Positions 1 through 13,379 of a stretch of DNA of 64,000 nucleotides are shown here, piece after piece. A program made the position numbers and the translations under genes. Below the pieces are notes generated by a model. That model saw only the letters and a program-made list of their open reading frames with translations. It searched no databases and was not told where the DNA came from. The first letter of the stretch is position 1. Every line of letters starts with the position of its first letter. This DNA comes from Eledone cirrhosa (Eukaryota): NCBI GenBank assembly GCA_964016885.1, contig OZ024741.1, positions 80,228,001-80,292,000 on the forward strand. Reading direction: 5' to 3'.

Positions 1-789
1 GATGGTATCCAATGATGTTGACTTGTTCTTCTTTTTGGTAAATATCATCTTGGTTAAAAGAGTGGGACTGGTTTTGTGCAGTGCCTTTGCTCACTATAAA
101 AGCTTCACGGCACAGGCATTGCTTTATATCTGGAGATCTCTCTGCACTTGTCGTCACATGGTACCATGGGCCCAGCACTATGTGTCAATAGTTGTCACAA
201 GTGTAGTGTTTGTACCAGAGTTTTCATGTCGCAGGCTGGACTAAAAAGTCACACTCGTTCAGCGCATCGGTAAGGGTTCTCCTACATGGATATAAAGTAG
301 TGGCCGTACTCGAAAACGAATTGGCAGCCACCATGTCAGGTCGCTCCCTGGGAGAACGTCACTCTGATATAAAACCTGCGATTTCGTTTGCATCCAATGA
401 TGGAGACCAGTTCTTTTTGGGCAAATGCATTCGATGTTCAGAGTGGGATTGGCTCCATGCAAAGCCTTTCCTCACTTAAAAAAGCTTCAAGCGCAGGCAT
501 CGTTTGATATGTGACATTTTATGCGATGCATGGTATTGCTGGCCATAGACAAGTCCCTAGCAGGACTAAAAAGCCATGTCCGTGATGCTCATGTTTAAGT
601 ATCAAGCGATGGTATTACGTGAAATCGAGTTTCAGCCATCATGTATGTATGTATGTATGTGTGTGTTTATGTATGTATATATGTTTGTATGTGTGTGTAT
701 GTAGGTATGTATGTTTGAATGTATGTATATATGTATGTATTTATGTATGTATGTGTGTATGTATGTATGTTTGTTTGTATGTATGCATG

Positions 790-2735
790 TACATACAGAG
801 GTATATCATTGCTTTCTGTCGTAGGGAAATTTTTATGTAGGGTGCTTCTGGACCGTCTGCTGACACACATTGCAGATTGTGTTCTTCCTGAAAGTCAATC
901 AGGTTTTCGTGCTGGACGCGGCACTACTGATATGATCTTCTCAGCTAGACAGCTCCAGGAGAAGAGCATGGAACAAGGTTTGGATCTGTATCAGGTTTTT
1001 GTCGATCTGACAAAAGCTTTCGATACTGTTAACAGAAATGGATTATGGAAGGTTCTCCAGAAACTTGGTTGCCCTGATAAGTTCCTTGCTTTAGTTAGGT
1101 CTTTCCATGACGACACGAAGGCTTGGGTTAATGTCGGAGGTAACATGTCGGAGCCTATCTCAGTAAAAAATGTAGTGAAACAGGGGGATATACCAGCACC
1201 ATGTTTGCCATATACTTTGCAATGGTTTTCTGTATTGCATTCAGGAATTGCGAGCATGGTGTTTACATCCGGTATCGAACCTCAGGCAGCATATTTAACA
1301 TCAGGCGCTTTGCTGCAAAGACAAAAGTATTTACATCAATCATAAGAGACCTCTTGTATGCAGATGATTGCGATCTTGTAGCGCACACAGAGAGTGATAT
1401 GCAGCACATTTTGATTGCATTTTCTGACGCTTGCACTGCCCTAGGATTGACTGTCAGTCTCAAGAAAACCGTCGTCATGTACCAAACAGCTCCTGGTAAG
1501 CAGTAAAGTGAATCAAATATCTATGTGTATGGTAAATGACTTGGAGTGGTTGATCAGTTTGTCTACCTGGGAAGCACTGTCAATCGATACAGCAACCTTG
1601 ATAGTGAAATCTCATTTAGGATTAGGAAAGCAAGTGATGCTTTCGGAAAGCTAGAAAGGCGACTCTGGGGTCGGCGAGACATATGCAAGAAGAGAAAGGT
1701 AAAGGTGTACAAGGCATGTGTGCTCTCTTCTCTTCTTTATGCCTGCAAGACCTAGGTCACATATCGACACCACCTTAAGCAATTGGAGCGTTTCCATCAG
1801 ATGTGTCTCAGACGGATCCATGGCGTTCACTGGAGGGACCACATCAGTGATGTCGAGATTTTGGAAAGCTCTATGTGTGACAGTATAGAAGGTCTTGTGC
1901 TTAAGCAACGACTCCGTTGGAGTGGTCACCTTGCCAGGATGAAGGATTCTAGAATACCAAAACAACTCTTTTATGGAGAAATAGTTAAAGGAAAACGACC
2001 GCCACATAAACCAAAAAAGAGGTATAAGGATTCCTTGAAAGCCTCTTTGAAAGACGCTAACATCTCTGCTGATACATGGGAAAATATTGCTGCTGATCGT
2101 AATAAATGGAGAAAGACTGTATATGAGGGAAACGTTGCCTTTGAGGCATCTCGAATCGCATACGAGAAAGTAAAGTGGGATGTGAGGAAGGGCATTGCTG
2201 TTGCACTTCCAGACGGCGAGGATCTTCCTATGGTGCTGACATGCAGCGTCTGTGCGAGACTCTGCCTAAGCAATGCTGGACTCGAAAGTCATCTTCGCAG
2301 TCATAAAGTAAGACCAGTGGTTAACTACCAGGCTGCTGTTGGAGATGCTACTCATCATGCTTGCCAAGCATGTGGTAGAGAATGTAAATCTGCAGGAGGG
2401 CTCAAACGACATGCAAAAGTACATGAACTCCAACCACACCCGGCTATTCCCAGTGAATGTTTTGGTTGCCGGCTCTGTGCAAGACATTTTAGATCATTGG
2501 CTGGGCTAAAAAGCCACATTCGATCGCAGCGCTGTTAGTTGCTATCGTGTGTGTATAGATATGTTTATGTGTGTGTGTGTATATATATATATATGTATAT
2601 TATTATTGTTGTTGTTGTCGTTATTATTATTGTTGTTATTATTATTATTATTATTGTTATTAATATATATGTATATATATTTTTTTTTCTCGTGCAATGG
2701 CCATACTCGATAACGAGGGGGCAGCCATCATCATG
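790..2735 (+). mobile_element. 5'-truncated RTE-clade (BovB-like) LINE: frameshifted RT plus C-terminal triple C2H2 zinc finger
   Basis: ORF pieces carry LPESQSGFRAGRGTTDMIF, FVDLTKAFDTV, VKQGD, LLYADD, FVYLGS and RLRWSGHLARM, followed by three CxxC-x12-H-x3-H-like fingers. Stops and frameshifts lie at about 1200, 1504 and 1753. The 3' UTR ends ...GCAGCCATCATCAT. Confidence 0.93.
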
Positions 2736-2739
2736 CATG

Positions 2740-3027
<288 letters not shown>

Positions 3028-3421
3028 CAAATTTATACGGGAACAAAACAGAGAGGCAGACAAATAAAGATATACATAAAAAGATTATGGGCGAGTATGA
3101 GTGAAGTCAGTCGATAGCTCAATAGATTTAGAGACGTGGGAATGTACTTTTAGTGCTAGACAAAGGTATCTTCGAGGCATCGAACATAAAAAATGAAAAC
3201 GAAATAAAAAAAAGAAATAACATTCGTAGATGTCATCTGTCAAAGGTATTATATATGCAATGACTGGCTTCTGTCGTGTGTTAAACAAGCTAACTTTAGA
3301 AATGCTTTCTAATATTTATTGAATATATCTATTAAAAAAATCGACAATACATACACATATAAAGACGTAGATGCATACATACATATATACATAAATACAC
3401 ACATAAATACATACATACATG

Positions 3422-3477
<56 letters not shown>

Positions 3478-3490
3478 TATATATATATAT

Positions 3491-3563
<73 letters not shown>

Positions 3564-3569
3564 AATAAT

Positions 3570-4180
3570 GGAGCTGCGGCGTTGCAAATGGAATGGGTTA
3601 CATATGAAAAAGTTTGTCCTTCATCAGTGGTCTTCTAACCGTCATAGGCATTTCATCGCTTTAAAGACCATATACCTCAGGTTGGTGCGAGCAACGGCTA
3701 AAAAAAGTCGTTGGGACACGTAAATAAAGGGGACGCTATGGTAAACAAACAAAATGGTTTAAGCAACAGAAAGTGATGAAGAAAGAGACAAGTCCCAGAT
3801 TTCTATGAATATAAATTCGGTGAAATCGTGAACGAGAGAATAAAGACCATCAAACCTGGTTGAAATGTGAGCAAGGAAGGAATTTCGCACAGGTCTAACG
3901 GGAGGAAGAAGGGATCTGGTCTGCGAATTCGGTAAACATAAGTTCTGTGAAGTCGCAGACGAGAGAGAGAGAGAGAGAAAAAATCATACCGGCTTGGCCA
4001 AGAGCGCGCGAGAAAAGAATTACGGACAGGTCAAACGAGAAGAAAGAGGAGGAGGAGAGGTAGTGACAGAGAATGAGTGAGTGAAGGGTGAGGAAGAGGC
4101 TAACAGAGAGAGAGAGACTGCTAGAAAGGGTAAAGATACAAAGAAACGAGGTGAGTTTTATTGTAGTACAATAAAGCAAT
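3570..4180 (-). repeat. Non-coding PLE-terminal-repeat-like element, related to 60336-61335
   Basis: Shares CCTGAGGTATATGGTCT...AGACCACTGATGA(A/C)GGA and ATTTGCAAC..CAGCTC with 61198-61330, and abuts (TA)n. Confidence 0.55.
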
Positions 4181-4267
4181 GCAGATATCGGATAAGTTGC
4201 ACTCTACAGTTTGTAGGACTGGAGTATAAATAATATAAGATCAAAAGATGGTTAAAAGAGTTCCAAG

Positions 4268-4338
4268 TATTTTATTATGCGCATTTCAAAAACAAATATC
4301 ATCATGGGATGATATCTGCGTTTTCATCAGATAAAATA
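4268..4338 (-). ncRNA. Type I hammerhead ribozyme
   Basis: Reverse complement reads UAUUUUAU-CUGAUGA-stem II (GCAGAUAUCAUC/GAUGAUAUUUGU)-GAAA-UGCGCA-UA^-AUAAAAUA, with an 8-bp stem I and palindromic stem III AUGCGCAU. Confidence 0.85.
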
Positions 4339-4994
4339 GGGATACATATGAAGCTTAAAAAACACTTGTGAATAATGAAGTTTTAAATCAACATATGAAA
4401 AATAATTTAAGATTGATGTATGAGATTGGGAAAAAGTGAGAGGGGGTGGAAAAGGTAAGGAAGAGGAGGAGTTGAGAGTAAAGAATGGTGGGGGAGGAGT
4501 ATAAGAAGGAAGGATGAGAGAGAAGGAGAGATGGGTGATAGAGAGAGAGAGATAGCCTTTACAACTGAGAAAACAATATATATTGTCTCGCAGAGAGAAG
4601 TTAAAAAGCCGTTAGAAGATAATAGATAATTTAAAAGAATTTGAAATTAAAAGTTAATGAGGTTTATGCATGAAGAGAAAAAAGGAATTAAGAATAATAT
4701 TAAATTAAGGTTTGTATATTGAAGGGTTTAATAATATGTGCGAGGAAAAGAAATTATTAATATGTATTATTAAAATTAAAATTAAAATATTAATGTTATT
4801 AAGGATATAATGTGAAAAGAAGGAGAAGAATGAATGAGTTATGAATTTAGAGGAATTAGTTAGGGTTTAAATTTGTTTTTATGTAATGTAATATGTGTGC
4901 GTAATATGTGTACGTAAATAGTTTGTTTAAAAATGAGCGCAGAAGGCAAAGAAGAAAAGAATGTTTAAGGAAGAAAATATCTAACATCAAAAAA

Positions 4995-5280
4995 TGGGTG
5001 AAAGGCAAAGTTAATCTCGGCGGGATTTTACCTCAGACCGTAAAGGGCCGTAACTCTATGCTGTAAAGCATGGTGTCCGACTCTCTATCGATACTGTCAA
5101 TCCACCCCCCTTATATCTAATAATTGTTTCTACTTTTGGCACAAGGCCATCAATTACCCAGTACATTACTGGTACATTATTTTATCGACCCCGTATATCT
5201 AATAATTGTTTCTACTTTAGGCACAAGGCCATCAATTACCCAGTACATTACTGGTACTTTATTTTATCGACCCCGTATAT
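4995..5280 (-). mobile_element. tRNA-derived SINE family A, rearranged with duplicated tail
   Basis: Reverse complement of 27824-28014; the tail segment occurs twice (5120-5195 and 5200-5275). Confidence 0.8.
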
Positions 5281-6379
5281 CTAATAATAATATTCGATTC
5301 GTTTGCAAGCAAACACCCTCATTACGATACGTTTCTTAGATGACCATCGACATCGTTTCGATCTCGCGGTGACAGAAACAATCTTGATGTGTGTGTGTGT
5401 GTGTGTGTGCGTGTGCGTGTGTGTGTGGTTAACACCTGGAGAAATATAGTTCTTTTATTCCTTTTGGTATATATATGTATCGCGTTATACATTTGCTGCA
5501 CAGTAATGTAACGTTGATGTGGCTATAAAACAACTTTTGAAGAATGAATAATATATAATAAGCATTAAAAGATTAACTGGAAATGTCAGCCAAATGACTT
5601 TTGCCTAGTAGTCATATCACACGTATTAGAACTAACAGTCCAAAAGTCTGATCCTCTATCGACTGAGCCCTTGAGAGAGCCTGTATTGGGTTGTTCAACC
5701 TGCTAGAAATAGCACCCATCCCTTTCCATCAAACTATACCGCAACTTATTGCCTTAAAATAGAGCACATTAGATATTACAGTCTAGGGTATGCTATAACT
5801 GAAAAAATACAAGAAAATGTACATTTCTGATCGTAAGTTCTGCTCTATCGTGACTCACTACAACATCAACAGCAATAACAGCAACATAATGATAATAAAA
5901 CAAACAACAAAAACAACATCTAGGTGTCAAAAAATACCATCAATCAATCAAATCAACCGTTGTTCTCCCACTGCTGAGTAAATTCCTGTCCCCTTTCTCT
6001 CCACAATTTTCGGCTTAAGATGCCTAATCTCCAACGTTTGTCAAATTTATCCAATTCACCCTTAACTTGTTTGTTAACATCTTCTGTTTCTTTTGCAGCC
6101 ATTCAGTATCCTGTCTGTCAACTTTTTCGATCGTCCGCTCTGATTTGCGTGATTTTATGGACTTGATATGTCATTTACGTTTGTTTGTTTTCAGGTTCAT
6201 TTCGTTCTTTTATTGCCTATCCATATTAGTCCAAGCACGTGAACATGCTGAGCTGTTTGTTAGTTAGGTTGTTGTTGTTGTTTGTCAGGTCCACGTTTCT
6301 AAACTGTTAAACATTTTAACAATGGCGTTTCGGTTGTCTTTTAAGGCACATGGAAATTTCCCTCCCAAATCTCACTATC

Positions 6380-7020
6380 CATAGGCAATTCACTATTTTA
6401 TTTCTTTTTCTTTACCTGGTTGTGTTGTTATAAGTAGGCCAAGATAGATGTAACTGTTTTTTTATTTGAAGGGACGTTGCTACAACTTTGATATCAGGAT
6501 CTTCATCTATCAGTTTATTTTGATTGTTTATGTTGATTCTTTGTCTTAATGCTTTGCTTTCGGTATTCAGTTGTTTTAACATAGTTTGATGCGATTCAAC
6601 AGCATGTGGGGCATTTTACGTCGATTTAAATTCCTATTAGGTCTTCATCTCGGTGTAGTTTTCGTAAAACTTCTGAACAATCTGTAAATAGTTTATCGGA
6701 AATAGAATCTCCTTGTCTTATGCCGTTTGAGGGGTAAAAGAATTTCCAATATTTGTGCACACTGATAAGAAATTGTAACATGGTGGATGATGTGTTTTAA
6801 ATATGTGATATATGTTGGTTTTGCACCTTGATTAGTTATGGCTGTCATCACAGATGGTGTTTCTACAGGGTCGAGCGTTTTTAAGTAGTCCACAAAAGCT
6901 ATGCAGAATGGAATTTTGTCTATTTTTGTATTAGTTAGCTCATAGCATATATGTGGTAAACGCGGAAAAACTGATTATTCAGGCAGCTGGTTTCCGTTCG
7001 GTTGTTTACCAATTATTTTC
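6380..7020 (-). mobile_element. Highly degenerate non-LTR retrotransposon RT relic (probably R4/Dong-like)
   Basis: The minus frame has a KRxIRQGD-like segment near 6710-6730, with many stops. Confidence 0.35.
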
Positions 7021-7212
7021 GTCTACGACCACGAAGACTGCAAGAGAGTGAAAAAAAAACAATCTACAATTGTAATAACTCCGAAGCAATCGTAGATTCT
7101 TTTTCTCTCTGCCACCACTGAAACAAAAGGACGACGTTAGTCGTCTGGAACATACATGGTGTTTGTTATGAGGCTGTTTGCTTGCAAACGAATCAATATT
7201 AATGATATTATA

Positions 7213-7410
7213 GGGTTGTGGATTGACAGAATCGGTAGAGCATCGGGCAGGATGCTTAGCGGCATAGAGTTACGGCCCTTTGCGTTCTGAGTTCAAATTC
7301 CACCAAGATTAACTTTGCCTTTCGTCCTTACGAGGTCGATAAAATAAAGCACCAGTAATACACTGGAGTAATTGCTGGCCTTGTGCCAAAAGCAGAAACA
7401 ATTATTATTA
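7213..7410 (+). mobile_element. tRNA-derived SINE family A
   Basis: A-box-like TGACAGAATCGG, B box GAGTTCAAATTCC, tail GCTGGCCTTGTGCCAAAA..AGAAACAATTATTATT. Confidence 0.85.
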
Positions 7411-7634
7411 TCTTATTATTATTCACTCACGAATGCATTTACGTATCCACCATGCTAGAGCGAAAGCAAATTTTGTTTTTAAGAAAAACATGATCTTTGT
7501 GAATAACTTTTTGTTTGTGCAGTGGAATGATTACTGCATTTTAACAATTTTGAGAGTTTTACTTTGCTTCGATTAGCCGGTAAAGAATTTGGCAAATTTA
7601 TTTAATAATACCTAATACATCGAGTTTTATGTTA

Positions 7635-7822
7635 TGTGGATTGGCAGTATCGGTAGAGGGTCGGACGCTATGCTTTGACGTATAGAGTTACGGCCCTTGC
7701 CATTCTGAGTTCAAATCCCGCCGAGGTTAACTTTGCCTTTCATCCTTACGAGTCGATAAAATAAAGTACCAGTAATGCTCTGGGTAATTGCTGGCCTTGT
7801 GCCAAACGTAGAAACAGTTATT
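7635..7822 (+). mobile_element. tRNA-derived SINE family A
   Basis: A box TGGCAGTATCGG and B box GAGTTCAAATCC; near-identical to 27824-28014 and 47538-47731. Confidence 0.88.
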
Positions 7823-8937
7823 TTCTGACACTTTAATACCTTATACAGCGAGTGTTATGTTGTTATTTTCTGACACTTTAACTATCTTACGAAGGCTTTC
7901 ATCACAAACATATCAGATCACTAATAATTTTTCTGAACATAAAACGTCTCGAGTGACGATTGGTGTCTCGAGTAACGAACACACAAGCTGGCAACAACGG
8001 TTGTTAACAAGCTGTGTGTTTCGGCGGAAAAGCGTCACTTGCAGTGTTACTATGATGATATCTATCTGTCTTTCACACAGTCTCTCTCTATCTCACTGTA
8101 TTTCTCTTATTTGGGTTTTCTTTTTGTGTTTATGAACATTTTTATTGGATTTTAACATTTTCCTTTGCGGAATTACTGTTTCCAGACGGTTCCTGTATTT
8201 TCCTAATAGTATTTTCTGCTTATCTATTGAAAAGAAGTTCTGTTGCTTCTCTCTTTGTCTCTAGTCGAGTTTACTTTAAGTTGTTCTTTGTTTTGTTTTT
8301 TGGTGTTGCTTTGCTTTTTTTTTTTTTTTTTTTTATTTCTTCATCAGATTTAAGGTTTTCCTGAAATAATTTGTTTTGCTGGGGGTTTTTTTTTCATCAC
8401 GTGTTTCTCTTCGGGTCTTTCGGTGAAAAATTCTACTAGATTATTTACATCCTTCTAGACGAAGGTATAGTTGAATAGTTAAAAAGTTCGTTTCTCCATC
8501 ATGAGACCGCAGGTTCGAAACAACTCGTAACATTTTTGGGAAAGTGTATTTTAGGGTCATTTCTCTTTGAATTCTTCTTAGACTATTTGTTAGAAGAAAT
8601 GGTACTTGTTTCTATTTGTGTTATTTTATATTAGAGGTTTGTGGAGCGTGATTATTCTGATAGCCTGCATGTTATTCCATTGCAACAAGATAATTGATTG
8701 GGAGAGGTGCTGGGGTGTTTAAGGAGTGTTTAAGAAAGAGATAACTCAATCCCTAGGGATTGGTGAACACAACCATAAGGATATGATCCGAACGTGGAAG
8801 AGCCGAACTCCCACTGCCGTCACCTCCATCTCTCTCGCCCTCCCCATCTCTCCGTATGGTGAGCAAATGGGGTCCTTCTCCCTCGTGCTGGCCTCCCCAC
8901 ATATAACTGGGTTTCTTTCGTTTCTTCACTTTATGTT

Positions 8938-9080
8938 TGGCGGCGAATTGGCGGAGTGGTTAGAACGTCGGATAGAATGCTTTGTGGTATTCGTTTCAAA
9001 TCCCGCCGAGATCAACTTTGCTTTTCATCCATTCCAGGTTGATAAAAAAAAAGCACCAGTCTAGTACTGGTGTCGATTAT
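8938..9080 (+). mobile_element. Diverged SINE family A copy
   Basis: TGGCGGAGTGGTTAGA A box; TTCAAATCCCGCCGAGATCAACTTTGC matches the family. Confidence 0.65.
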
Positions 9081-9299
9081 TCCTGTCTCTTTCTCACTTC
9101 CATTCTCTCACTTTCTATCCTTCTCTGGAAGAAATCTGCTATATTCAGACCAGGAGAGTGATGAGCTCCGCCAGATTTAATCATATCCTAGAAACGCCAT
9201 ATGTCATTACGGTGCCCCCACGACTCCCCCAGGAGTTACGGGACGATACCATACTTGTCTTGGCTTAATATTACTGATCCAACAAATTTTGAAGATATT

Positions 9300-10700
9300 T
9301 AATTTTCCTTGATAATTTCTTTGATTCTATGCTACTATTAAAAAAATTCTTCATTTAAGACCGGCGCTTCTCAACCTGTGCTACAAATTTTCTTTATCTA
9401 TTATCAAATGATTCGGTTTTCTTTTTCGAGTATTGACTATTTTGGAAGTTTGCTTGCATCGTTTTAGCATGGTATTCTGCAGCTCTATTTTTAGCTCAAC
9501 CCTTATATTTAGCTAAAAAGCTGTTCTCCTTTCTGCTCAGAATTGTCGGCTACGCCAGTCTCTATGTTATATTTGTAGGCTTCTTTGAAGGCAGAAACAG
9601 ATTATTTTGTTTTGTAACTATTTGTATTGGTATTCCATTGTTCTTTACTAGATATTTTTTGTAATCATATGGTAGATATTTTAAATAGATTTCTAGTTGC
9701 GTAAATCTACTACCTTCATGTATTCGTGATAAATATAATCTTTATATGTTAGATTATGAGTAGTGTATTCTAAATGCAGTCATGTTTTCTAGGTTTTTCT
9801 ATGCAATCTTATTAATTCATTTAACGTTCAGTTAAGAATAGCGTAACGATAATGTATTACTGGGACAGCTGGACAGCTTATTGGTTTGTGTTTAGGATTT
9901 AACACTGCTTTAAGCATTAATTTAATGCACCTATAATAGTCCTTCCTAATCCTTTTTCCATTATTGCTTGCATTGATATGGCCTCCCATGATTGGTCAGA
10001 TGCTACGTTTCATCTTCATTCCACTCCTGTCCATATTTCACCGCAAAGAATTTAACTCAGAATTTTCTTTGGTGTTGCATTGATTTCCAATTTACGTTAG
10101 GAAATTATTATATCGAAATAAATTCTATGCAATCTAGCGGGGTTTTTTTACGTTTTTTATTCAAGCATCCTTTGAATTCGATTACGTCTCTCTCATGTTA
10201 TATTTCTGTAGTATTTATCCTTCTTTCTTTTCAGTTATTTTTTTTTTTTTTTTTTTTTTTTGCTTTTGATTTCATTAAGGATTGATAGATCTTTTATTTC
10301 TACATGTTTGTTTACTGAGTTCATTGCTTAGGTTTTCATGTTCATACACGAATAGAGCCAAGTTTGTACCCACAACTTCGGTTGCTACAGTATATCCTAT
10401 TTAGTGTGGTTATATTGATGTTCGTGTCTGCTTTCATTCAGACAGTCCTGTCATGTCAAGATTTGTGTTGATTTGTGTTGTTTTATTATTATCGTTAATA
10501 CTTAGCCGTGGGAAGACATTTCGTTCGTCTATGGAAATATCTTCGACCGAATTAAATTATTTAACTATCCTGACTTTAGATTATTTTCATTGTCAAATTT
10601 TCTCTGTTTAGAATTTATTAATTCTTCAATATTTTTCATATTCATATTTTTGTTTGTTATTCTGATTCGGCTTTTGTTGAGTATTCAGTGAGAGGTCTAC
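9300..10700 (-). mobile_element. Degenerate R4/Dong-like LINE relic
   Basis: Minus-strand remnants of the post-RT motifs AVPVIxY..ILNW...L.RKT and EGxRxxTQLE; same family as 13380-14100. Confidence 0.45.
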
Positions 10701-10774
10701 AGTTTCGTTCTGTAGTATTCCGTGACGGTTCTATAGTTTAGTACAGCAGCATCCTGTATATATATATATATATA

Positions 10775-11683
10775 CAAAAAGTTATGAAACGAAAGGAGCT
10801 GTGTGGTTACTAAAAACAAGGTTTAGGATGGTGGTTAGGACGGAACAGGAGGAGAAAGGAAGAAAGGAGTTTCCATCATCAGCTGTAAATCTTTCCCGGA
10901 CCGATGTTTCGCCGCTGAATTACAGGACATCGGTGTAGTTCGGGTGCGCCCGAAGCCTTTTATTAATCAAAAGGCCAGGTGGAAAAGGAGAGAGAAAGAG
11001 AAAAAAAAGGGGGAGAAAAAAGGAGAGAGAAAAGGAATGATAGGGAAAGGAGGAAGAACAGGGGGGGGGATAAGGAGAGAGGAAGAAGGGGGAAAATAGG
11101 AAAGGAATAGGAGAAAAAAGTGTACAGGTCCCATCGTGGGAAGACACAGGTGAAAGAAACATGCAAAAAAGTAACCGTGGAAAAATATGGAAAGTAAGTT
11201 GTGGCCAACCTGGGAGACTTTAGCCTGGTGGTCAGCTACGACTCAGAGCTGGTATAATCGTGCTGCCTCTCACATAGACAGGAGAAAGTGAGAGAGAGAC
11301 ACGAGCAAACAAAAGTGAGGAGGAGAAGGGAAAGGGAGATAATCCAGAAGGGTTTTTTTACGACGGCGGTAAAAACGTGCCGCAAAGATTGCGGACAGAG
11401 AGGCCACCACGGCACGTGTAAACATGTCAACAATTAAAACCGAACGGATGGATAGAGAGAGAGAGGGAGAGAGAAAAAAACGAGCGTGAGGAGGAGTAGG
11501 GAAGAGAGAAGGGAGGGTCGATGCGAAAGTGTGGAGGGAACACAGATCGACCAAAGCAGGTAGGGTCACAGCGGTAAATACAAAAAGTTATGAAACGAAA
11601 GAAGCTGTGTGGTTACTAAAAACAAGGTTTAGGATGGTGGTTAGGACGGAACAGGAGGAGAAAGGAAGAAAGGAGTTTCCATA
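10775..11683 (-). repeat. Tandem non-coding unit (about 805-bp period) with about 100-bp direct terminal repeat
   Basis: 10775-10875 (ACAAAAAGTTATGAAACG...GGAGTTTCCA) recurs at 11580-11681. The unit starts at (TA)n and has hammerhead-like remnants at 10870-10950. Confidence 0.75.
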
Positions 11684-11873
11684 GGAAAATGTTCAAGACC
11701 CCGACAGCAGACCTCGAGCAGTTTCGACGCCTATGTCCAGAAATAGCCGCCGAAACGGCTCGATCTCTGCCGTCGGGGTCTTCAACATTTTCCTATTACT
11801 CACTCTACTACCCTAAGTATTGCGTACTCTGGTGCGTTATGGTCCACCTGGTTCCTTACCACACTTCCTTCGT

Positions 11874-11880
<7 letters not shown>
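11682..11880 (+). mobile_element. Fold-back mini-element family H2 (hammerhead 3' half plus tail)
   Basis: Inverted repeat 11682-11729 / 11748-11795; GAAACGGC..GCCGTC^GGGGTC; tail shared with 23850, 44955 and 58480-58890. Confidence 0.75.
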
Positions 11881-11956
<76 letters not shown>

Positions 11957-12329
11957 AAGGCCTTTCCCCACTTGAAACACCTTCAAAGCACAGGCATTGC
12001 TTGTTCATGATATGTTACAGGTTCGCGTGGCTGGCCGTAGCCTAAAAGTGCACCATTTTCTGTAATCTGTCAAACGATTGCAATACTCTTAGCAGAGTTT
12101 GCAGCCATCATATATATATATAAGTATGTATACGTACATACATATATGTATACAGACGTACAGTAGTATGTATATATATACATACATGCACACATATATA
12201 TATATATATATGTACGTATGGATTTACCGAACATTTATTATAATGCTCGGTTTGTAAACAAACATCCCCAATTAAGCCGTACAGTGTTTAGCAACCATCG
12301 TTGCCCTTTTGTTCAACACTGACAAAGGA

Positions 12330-12372
12330 ACGATGTACTAGTTTCAAGCTTATTAGCTATCGTCAGCACCGT
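12330..12372 (-). ncRNA. Minimal type I hammerhead ribozyme
   Basis: Reverse complement reads ACGGUG-CUGACGA-UAGCUAAUAAGCUU-GAAAC-UA-GUA^-CAUCGU. Confidence 0.88.
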
Positions 12373-12523
12373 ATAGCTTCCTGCCAGATGATTGAACGTC
12401 TGAAAGTATATACTTTCCTTATGGATTTACCGAACATTTATTATAATGCTCGGTTTGTTTGTAAACAAACATCCCGAATTAAGCCGTACAGTGTTTAGCA
12501 ACCATCGTTGCCCTGACAAAGGA

Positions 12524-12566
12524 ACGATGTACTAGTTTCAAGCTTATTAGCTATCGTCAGTACCGT
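12524..12566 (-). ncRNA. Minimal type I hammerhead ribozyme (one stem I mismatch)
   Basis: Same as 12330-12372 but stem I reads ACGGUA. Confidence 0.75.
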
Positions 12567-12702
12567 ATACCTTCCTCCATTTATCGTGTTCGGTGCGCCC
12601 GGCCGATTAACTCACTCGATATACAAATTAGGCTACTCAGCCGTTAATATGCATAAGGAAAGTATATACTTTCAGACGTTCAATCATCTGGCAGGAAGCT
12701 AT

Positions 12703-12745
12703 ACGGTGCTGACGATAGCTAATAAGCTTGAAACTAGTACATCGT
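12703..12745 (+). ncRNA. Minimal type I hammerhead ribozyme
   Basis: ACGGUG-CUGACGA-UAGCUAAUAAGCUU-GAAACUAGUA^CAUCGU, with palindromic stem III ACUAGU. Confidence 0.88.
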
Positions 12746-13009
12746 TCGTTTGTCAGTGTTGAACAAAAGGGCAACGATGGTTGTTAAACACTGTACGGCT
12801 TAATTGGGGATGTTTGTTTACAAACAAACCGAGCATTATAATAAATATTCGGTAAATCCTTACGTACATATATATATATGTGTGCATGTATGTATATATA
12901 TACATACTACTGTACGTCTGTATACATATGTGTATGTACGTATACATACTTATATTTAAGTAACAGCCGTACTAAGAGTGAGAAATGAAATTTAGTTTCA
13001 TTTTTTTCC

Positions 13010-13052
<43 letters not shown>

Positions 13053-13379
13053 GTTCAATAACTTCGAAGAACTGTGACTATCCACGTAATTGCTTTTCTG
13101 GTATTGACAACAATAACAAAAACAGCAACCGTTTATATAGGTTGTGAGTCACACAATAGCCGGACAGGAGTAGTAACAACGTCTATTTATCTATCTACCT
13201 GCTTACCTACCTATCATGTATTCTTGTTGTTATTGTAGTGCTAAGTAGATCACTGATTTAAAGAAGTAGGCCCTCCCATACGTAATATAGTGAGTTTTTA
13301 AAAAATTGGAACGACTGATATTATCCAAGTAATTAGAAGAAAAAACTTCCTCTGAGGTTGTTGAAATCTAAAAACAACA

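Larger units (their letters stand above)
12120..12955. mobile_element. Palindromic mini-element family H1 carrying three hammerheads
   Basis: 12120-12423 is the reverse complement of 12652-12955, with an extra tandem partial copy at 12424-12575. Confidence 0.85.

Noticed and set aside
1-640. Possible 5' UTR of a minus-strand RTE LINE, perhaps with an HDV-like ribozyme
   Set aside because: No protein motif lies within the window, and I could not build a convincing nested double pseudoknot by eye.
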